DNA from: a virus | Length of the DNA stretch: 64,000 nucleotides | IMG/VR virus record: IMGVR_UViG_3300023184_002781 | Location: 32,212 to 96,211 of that record | Reading direction: 5' to 3' (one strand) | Part shown: in pieces, positions 58,701 through 64,000 of the stretch | Numbering within the stretch: the stretch's first letter is position 1 | Layout of the letters: the number at the start of each line of letters is the position of its first letter | Notes under the pieces: generated by a model | What the model was told of the DNA's origin: nothing | The model's database searches: none | What the model saw: only the letters and a program-made list of their open reading frames with translations | Translations under genes and position numbers: made by a program

Positions 58701-58887
58701 ATGTGCTTGCAGAACCTGTGTAACCACGGATACCGCCGTAGTCTAAATCATCCCAAAAGTGTATACCGTCTCCAATTTTGAACAAATTGGTATCGGTTTC
58801 AATCCCCATTTCTGCTTCAGCGAGTTTGGGATTTACGGAATGCCATTCAAATGCTGTGCCCCGTCTAAATTGGATTTGTACTGCCAT
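55741..58887 (-). CDS. Virion protein: Mtd_N-like domain, pectin-lyase-like beta-helix and four CxRD helical repeats (1048 aa)
   Basis: QIQFRRGT..EW...NP.LAEAEMGIETDT..FKIGDG; YVSKSGND, IFVKSGDY, SIVGDNLR; KCSRD/TCHRD/TCYRD/TCKRD repeats; TAAATA at 58914-58919. Confidence 0.82.
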   Translation of the reverse strand: MAVQIQFRRGTAFEWHSVNPKLAEAEMGIETDTNLFKIGDGIHFWDDLDYGGIRGYTGSASTSTLSMAVSNVIYVSKSGNDVNDGRTLASTKLTIASAVASASTGTTIFVKSGDYIENTPITVPDFVSIVGDNLRSVTVRSTTSTNDIFYVNNGVYIAHMTFKDHESPAAAIAFNPDGSAGVISTSPYVQNCTSMTTDGTGMRVDGDHALGTKSMVVDAFTQYNQGGIGVHMLNSGYTQLVSVFTICCNIGILCESGGNCSITNSNSSFGNYALYSDGVGATKYTGNLVGNTSGRTLVIDNLTTKPSIGDAVSFGNGDYYTISASTAFKTGNVTIAYPDLSGEDAGLRNARQTVLNEKSKLQVLTIKHILETFPGFDFNQFKCSRDVGNILEAVCYDMVLNTNYQSIKAGTSYYRAASSTVVTDQLTETLNAVTFLKTKTLTLLTPATTAYTRLSGLFDIILNIMQNGLGVTPSYDFNPPTTSSVYTQNAVLQLQANREFIAEETVAYVSGFTYNTATCHRDTGLIVDSIAFDLLYGGTSQSAFAGLQYWSQTGYVGDIVNELTTTTAAIAYVRDQVSDIANSNGGATPRDIVIDNFNTLIDILNTGTSGVTDRIIPNSFASVNVNINTAYGAILAAKVSIQNDTINWINTNYPDFTYSTSTCYRDVGYIIDSISFDLLHGGNRQSIMSAVYYYDYNTDSTATVITNEIPQTTAAYNFVKDLSRKLVTGVAVTNPYQTVVSQYIDASTGTNAEVFLINNKISTITNIINNGPTVAPLHVPIGLIPNGTQSVINSFNLLLNNRAFIQAETVAFINTSYVGVVYSTATCKRDVGYIIDAVSYDMLYNGNSQTADAADSYYDGAVFRIADTEKLATIAAYDFIKTIIDDVVLKNIITPLQVTISQDTTNNAGLQDDSNRAQGLVDIVANIVENAYSSTVTLQQPIPFTFDNTPVTFHQYSLIQSSAHNFEWIGAGTNINAALPYLGGEPITENQAVAINGGKVYYTGTDQKGDFRIGNDLVINNNIGTISGRTFTKSLFAVMTPYILAIGA

Positions 58888-58919
58888 TTTTACCTTTTAT
58901 AACTGCTCAGAGGTATTTA

Positions 58920-61900
58920 TCAAGTTACGCCGCCTGCATCTAAACTGGAAATTCCACCGTAATTTGTACCCGGATAGCCTCCATCTAAGTTATAACTGCC
59001 ACCTCCACCACCGCCACCTGTTCCCGGATCACCTTTTTCACCTTTTTCACCCTGACTACCAGTAAAACCTAATATTCCTTGGCTACCTGTGTAACCTACA
59101 CTACCACTATAGCCTTTAGTGCCCGGATTACCTTGATTACCCTGACTACCAGTATATCCTGTAGCTGTACTAGCACTACCAGTGAAACCAATTATACCCT
59201 GAGTACCTGTTGAACCAGTGAAACCAATTATACCTTGAGTACCGGTTGAGCCAGTGAATCCAATAACACCCTGAGTACCTGTGCTACCGGTAAATCCGAT
59301 AACACCTTGCGTGCCTGTACTACCTGTAAAACCGAGGGTACCATCACTACCTGCTGAACCAGTGAAACCAGTTACACCCTGAGTACCTGTACTACCAGTA
59401 TAACCATTTAAAATAGTACCATTAATTGAAGTAAATCGTATATTATTTTGAGCATCAACACTAATGGTAACACCAGTAGTTGTATTACCTAATCTAATGT
59501 AACCGCCTACATTTAGGTCTCCGCCAAAGCCTGCGCCACCAGCAACTACTAACGCTCCTGTAGAAGTTGAAATTGAAGTAGTTGTGTTATTTGTTTTTAT
59601 TATGTCATCGGTTTCTACTATTGTAGTTGTTACCGTAGTATATTGTATTGTTAATTTTTGTGCAACAATTTCGCCACCAACATATAGATCTCCGCCAATA
59701 CCAACTCCACCTGCAACAACAAGAGAACCAGTACTAGTTGATGTGGCTGATGTTGTCCCATATACTATTATATTAGTAGCGGTGATTGTTCCTGTTGATG
59801 AAATATTACCAGTTTCGATTGTATCTGCTAATACTACTAAGTTACTTCCGGTACTAGTTATAGTAGCATTAGTAAGTGTGGTTCCTACTACCAATTTGTT
59901 TATTACTAATCCACCACTAGGAGCAGTTGATAAAGTAGTTCCACCTAAATCAATAGTGTTTCCTGCTAGATAAAGTACGCCAAATCGTTTATCAGGAGAA
60001 CCTAAATCTTGTAATTTATCAGTTTCAGGAATAAATTTAAAACCTGTACTAAGAGTTACTGTACCAGTTGTATCAGTTTTTAATCCTATTACAGCACTAC
60101 CTGTATAACCAACACTACCAGTCCATCCAAGATCACCTTGACTACCGGTATAACCAGTAATACCCTGAGTACCTGTACTACCTGTAAATCCAGTAACACC
60201 TTGCGTACCAGTTGAACCAGTAAAACCAATATTACCCTGAGTACCTGTACTACCTGTAAATCCAGTAACACCTTGCGTACCAGTTGAACCAGTAAAACCA
60301 ATTATACCTTGAGTACCTGTACTACCTGTAAATCCAGTAACACCTTGGGTACCTGTACTACCGGTATAACCAACACTACCAGTATATCCTGTAGCTGTAC
60401 TAGCTGAACCTGTAAATCCAATTTCTCCCTGTGTGCCAGTTGAACCAGTAAAACCAATTATACCTTGAGTACCTGTACTACCTGTAAATCCAGTAACACC
60501 TTGTGTACCTGTGCTACCAGTATAACCAACACTACCAGTATATCCTGTAGCTGTACTAGCTGAACCTGTAAATCCTATTGTTCCTTGATTTCCTTGCGGT
60601 CCTTGGAAACCTTGTGGTCCTTGGCTACCAGTAAATCCAATAACCCCTTGAGTACCTGTTGAACCAGTAAATCCAATCTCACCTTGCGTGCCTGTGCTAC
60701 CTGTAAATCCAGTTACACCTTGCGTACCAGTACTACCAGTGAAACCAATTACACCCTGGGTACCTGTTGAACCAGTAAATCCAGTAACACCCTGAGTACC
60801 AGTACTACCAGTGAAACCAATTATACCTTGAGTACCGGTATTACCTTGAGGGCCTTGTGGCCCCATATTTCCTTGCAGACCTTCTGCTCCCTGCGGACCA
60901 ACAATTTGACCTACATTATTCCATGTAGAAGTTATAGTATTCCAAAAGTATAAATCACCATCTGCAATAACTATCCATCCATCACCCGGGTTACCTATTG
61001 CAGGAAGACCACCAACTGTCGAGGTGCTACCTATTAATGTAACACTAACACCTTGCTCACCTGTATAGCCACGTGGTCCTTGGGTACCAGTAGTACCCTG
61101 TAGTCCTTGATCTCCTTTATCACCCTGACTACCAGTGAAACCAATATAACCTTGCGTACCTGTTGAACCAGTGAAACCAGTAACACCCTGCGTACCTGTT
61201 GAACCAGTAAAACCAATATCACCCTGAGTACCTGTTGAACCAGTGAAACCAATCTCCCCTTGTGTGCCGGTTGAACCAGTGAAACCAATAACCCCTTGAG
61301 TACCTGTTGAACCAGTGAAACCTATCTCGCCCTGAGTACCAGTACTACCAGTGAAACCTATCTCGCCCTGAGTACCAGTACTACCAGTGAAACCTATCTC
61401 GCCCTGAGTACCAGTACTACCAGTAAATCCGATCTCACCTTGCGTACCAGTACTACCAGTGAAACCTATCTCGCCTTGAGTACCTGTTGAACCAGTGAAA
61501 CCTATCTCTCCCTGAGTACCTGTACTACCTGTATAACCAGTTACACCCTGCGTACCTGTGCTACCGGTGAAACCAATCTCTCCCTGCGTACCTGTTGAAC
61601 CAGTAAAACCAATCTCTCCCTGCGTACCAGTACTACCAGTGAAACCAGTTACGCCTTGAGTACCTGTTGAACCAGTAAAACCAATCTCTCCCTGCGTACC
61701 AGTACTACCAGTGAAACCAGTTACGCCTTGAGTACCTGTTGAACCAGTAAACCCAATCTCACCTTGCGTACCTGTTGAACCAGTGAAACCAATTTCACCT
61801 TGAGTACCTGTTGAACCAGTGAAACCAATCTCGCCTTGAGTACCTGTTGAACCAGTAAAGCCGATCTCACCTTGAGTACCTGTGCTACCAGTGAAGCCAA

Positions 61901-64000
61901 TTTCACCTTGAGTACCTGTTGAACCAGTAAAGCCGATCTCACCTTGAGTACCTGTGCTACCAGTGAAGCCAATTTCACCTTGAGTACCTGTACTACCAGT
62001 GAATCCAATTATACCCTGGGTACCAGTTGAACCAGTATAACCAGTTATACCTTGCGTACCAGTACTACCAGTGAATCCAATTATACCCTGGGTACCAGTT
62101 GAACCAGTATAACCAGTTATACCTTGCGTACCAGTACTACCAGTGAATCCAATTGGTCCTTGAGTACCGGTGTTACCTTGAGGTCCCTGTGGTCCCATAT
62201 TTCCTTGAAGACCTTCTGCTCCTTGAGGGCCGACAATTTGACCTACATTATTCCATGTAGATGTAATAGTATTCCAGAAATACAAGTCGCCATCTGCATC
62301 AACAATCCATCCGTCACCTGGATTACCCATTGCAGGAAGACCACCAACAGTTGAGGTGCTACCTATTAATGTAACACTAACACCTTGCTCACCTGTGTAG
62401 CCACGTGGTCCTTGAGTACCAGTAGTACCTTGTAGTCCCTGCTCGCCCTTATCGCCTTGACTACCAGTATAACCGGTATAACCCTGTGTACCTGTACTAC
62501 CAGTGAAACCAGTTACGCCTTGAGTACCTGTACTACCAGTGAATCCAATCTCACCCTGCGTACCTGTGCTACCAGTGAATCCAATAACCCCTTGAGTACC
62601 TGTTGAACCAGTGAAACCTATCTCCCCTTGAGTACCTGTACTACCAGTGAAACCTATCTCTCCTTGCGTACCTGTACTACCAGTGAAACCAATCTCACCT
62701 TGTGTGCCGGTTGAACCAGTGAAACCAGTAACACCTTGCGTACCTGTACTACCAGTAAAACCAATATTACCCTGAGTACCTGTACTACCAGTAAATCCAG
62801 TAACACCTTGTGTGCCGGTTGAACCAGTGAAACCAATCTCACCTTGCGTACCTGTACTACCAGTAAATCCAATAACACCTTGCGTACCTGTACTACCAGT
62901 AAATCCAATTTCGCCTTGTGTGCCGGTTGAACCAGTAAATCCAGTAACACCTTGTGTGCCGGTTGAACCAGTAAAACCAATCTCTCCCTGCGTACCAGTA
63001 CTACCTGTGAAACCAGTTACACCTTGAGTACCAGTACTACCAGTAAAACCAATTATACCCTGCGTACCTGTACTACCTGTGAAACCAATATCACCCTGCG
63101 TACCAGTACTACCTGTGAAACCAATATTACCTTGAGTACCAGTACTACCTGTGAAACCAATATTACCCTGAGTACCAGTACTACCTGTGAAACCAATATT
63201 ACCCTGAGTACCAGTACTACCTGTATAACCAGTTACACCCTGAGTACCAGTTGAACCAGTAAAACCAATATTACCTTGAGTACCAGTACTACCAGTAAAA
63301 CCTATCTCCCCTTGAGTACCAGTACTACCAGTAAAACCAATCTCTCCCTGCGTACCAGTACTACCGGTGAAACCAGTTACACCCTGAGTACCAGTTGAAC
63401 CAGTAAAACCAATTATACCTTGAGTACCTGTATTACCTTGAGGGCCTTGTGGACCCATATTTCCTTGAAGGCCTTCTGCTCCCTGCGGACCAACAATTTG
63501 ACCTATATTATTCCATGTAGAAGTTATGGTATTCCAAAAGTATAAATCACCATCTGCTTCAACAATCCATCCATCACCTGGATTACCTATTGCAGGAAGA
63601 CCACCAACAGTTGATGTGCTACCTATTAGTGTAACACTAACACCTTGCTCACCTGTATATCCCCGTGGTCCTTGGGTACCAGTGGTACCTTGTAGTCCTT
63701 GATCGCCTTTATCTCCTTGACTACCAGTAAAACCAGTGTAACCTTGCGTACCTGTACTACCAGTGAAACCAGTTACACCCTGAGTACCTGTACTACCAGT
63801 GAAACCAATATCACCCTGCGTACCTGTACTACCAGTGAAACCAGTTACACCCTGAGTACCTGTTGAACCGGTGAAACCGATCTCGCCCTGCGTACCAGTT
63901 GAACCAGTGAAACCAATCTCACCTGCGCTACCAGTAAATCCAGCCTCACCCTGCGTACCAGTTGAACCAGTGAAACCAATATTACCTTGAGTACCAGTAC
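58920..64000 (-). CDS. Very long collagen-like fibre protein, 5' end beyond window
   Basis: Frame stays open upstream of the track start (63458) to the window edge; extensive Gly-X-Y with three GVSVTLIG...GDGWIV..DGDLYFWN modules. Confidence 0.9.
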   Translation of the reverse strand, partial: TGTQGNIGFTGSTGTQGEAGFTGSAGEIGFTGSTGTQGEIGFTGSTGTQGVTGFTGSTGTQGDIGFTGSTGTQGVTGFTGSTGTQGYTGFTGSQGDKGDQGLQGTTGTQGPRGYTGEQGVSVTLIGSTSTVGGLPAIGNPGDGWIVEADGDLYFWNTITSTWNNIGQIVGPQGAEGLQGNMGPQGPQGNTGTQGIIGFTGSTGTQGVTGFTGSTGTQGEIGFTGSTGTQGEIGFTGSTGTQGNIGFTGSTGTQGVTGYTGSTGTQGNIGFTGSTGTQGNIGFTGSTGTQGNIGFTGSTGTQGDIGFTGSTGTQGIIGFTGSTGTQGVTGFTGSTGTQGEIGFTGSTGTQGVTGFTGSTGTQGEIGFTGSTGTQGVIGFTGSTGTQGEIGFTGSTGTQGVTGFTGSTGTQGNIGFTGSTGTQGVTGFTGSTGTQGEIGFTGSTGTQGEIGFTGSTGTQGEIGFTGSTGTQGVIGFTGSTGTQGEIGFTGSTGTQGVTGFTGSTGTQGYTGYTGSQGDKGEQGLQGTTGTQGPRGYTGEQGVSVTLIGSTSTVGGLPAMGNPGDGWIVDADGDLYFWNTITSTWNNVGQIVGPQGAEGLQGNMGPQGPQGNTGTQGPIGFTGSTGTQGITGYTGSTGTQGIIGFTGSTGTQGITGYTGSTGTQGIIGFTGSTGTQGEIGFTGSTGTQGEIGFTGSTGTQGEIGFTGSTGTQGEIGFTGSTGTQGEIGFTGSTGTQGEIGFTGSTGTQGEIGFTGSTGTQGVTGFTGSTGTQGEIGFTGSTGTQGVTGFTGSTGTQGEIGFTGSTGTQGEIGFTGSTGTQGVTGYTGSTGTQGEIGFTGSTGTQGEIGFTGSTGTQGEIGFTGSTGTQGEIGFTGSTGTQGEIGFTGSTGTQGEIGFTGSTGTQGVIGFTGSTGTQGEIGFTGSTGTQGDIGFTGSTGTQGVTGFTGSTGTQGYIGFTGSQGDKGDQGLQGTTGTQGPRGYTGEQGVSVTLIGSTSTVGGLPAIGNPGDGWIVIADGDLYFWNTITSTWNNVGQIVGPQGAEGLQGNMGPQGPQGNTGTQGIIGFTGSTGTQGVTGFTGSTGTQGVIGFTGSTGTQGVTGFTGSTGTQGEIGFTGSTGTQGVIGFTGSQGPQGFQGPQGNQGTIGFTGSASTATGYTGSVGYTGSTGTQGVTGFTGSTGTQGIIGFTGSTGTQGEIGFTGSASTATGYTGSVGYTGSTGTQGVTGFTGSTGTQGIIGFTGSTGTQGVTGFTGSTGTQGNIGFTGSTGTQGVTGFTGSTGTQGITGYTGSQGDLGWTGSVGYTGSAVIGLKTDTTGTVTLSTGFKFIPETDKLQDLGSPDKRFGVLYLAGNTIDLGGTTLSTAPSGGLVINKLVVGTTLTNATITSTGSNLVVLADTIETGNISSTGTITATNIIVYGTTSATSTSTGSLVVAGGVGIGGDLYVGGEIVAQKLTIQYTTVTTTIVETDDIIKTNNTTTSISTSTGALVVAGGAGFGGDLNVGGYIRLGNTTTGVTISVDAQNNIRFTSINGTILNGYTGSTGTQGVTGFTGSAGSDGTLGFTGSTGTQGVIGFTGSTGTQGVIGFTGSTGTQGIIGFTGSTGTQGIIGFTGSASTATGYTGSQGNQGNPGTKGYSGSVGYTGSQGILGFTGSQGEKGEKGDPGTGGGGGGGSYNLDGGYPGTNYGGISSLDAGGVT
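60100..64000 (-). repeat. 36-bp collagen repeat arrays within a roughly 1.3-kb higher-order repeat
   Basis: Non-collagen knob module recurs near 60895-61055, 62228-62385 and 63487-63645. Confidence 0.92.

Noticed and set aside
55741-58887. Diversity-generating retroelement suggested by the Mtd_N domain
   Set aside because: No reverse transcriptase, C-type lectin VR or adenine-specific TR/VR pair seen in the window.
60100-64000. 36-bp repeats as a CRISPR array
   Set aside because: Contiguous, no unique spacers, variation mostly at synonymous positions; they encode Gly-X-Y.
1-64000. Stop-codon reassignment as in some jumbo phages
   Set aside because: Genes are intact and densely packed under code 11; TAA, TGA and TAG all end genes.

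Overview
A 64-kb, AT-rich segment of a large tailed dsDNA phage genome with T4-like late promoters (TAAATA), standard genetic code, and almost all genes on the minus strand. From left to right: (1) 1-4.7 kb, partial sulfotransferase, glutaredoxin and class Ia ribonucleotide reductase, with an unannotated 47-aa ORF coupled between nrdA and nrdB. (2) 4.7-12.4 kb, a beta-helix virion protein, a PD-(D/E)XK exonuclease and probable head/virion proteins. (3) 12.5-13.6 kb, the only plus-strand island: four small genes including a phasin-like protein, behind a sigma70 promoter whose -35 box is overlapped by a PhaR-type operator. (4) 13.6-19 kb, zincin, methyltransferase, a candidate structured ncRNA with an abutting 34-aa peptide, a signal-peptide nuclease and a 3xGT+FkbM glycosylation enzyme. 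(5) 19-64 kb, about 45 kb of fibre/adhesin genes: Gly-rich proteins, LamG/ConA giants of 4426 and 2217 aa, Thr-rich collagen-like fibres, and an Mtd_N/beta-helix protein with four phycobiliprotein-like CxRD repeats. Best novel candidates: a phage cassette apparently wired to host PHA status; recursively nested lectin-domain architecture; a virion glycosylation system; phycobilin-site-like repeats; T4-style RBS-occluding hairpins; and the peptide+ncRNA element. All family assignments come from motif recognition by eye; no searches were run.
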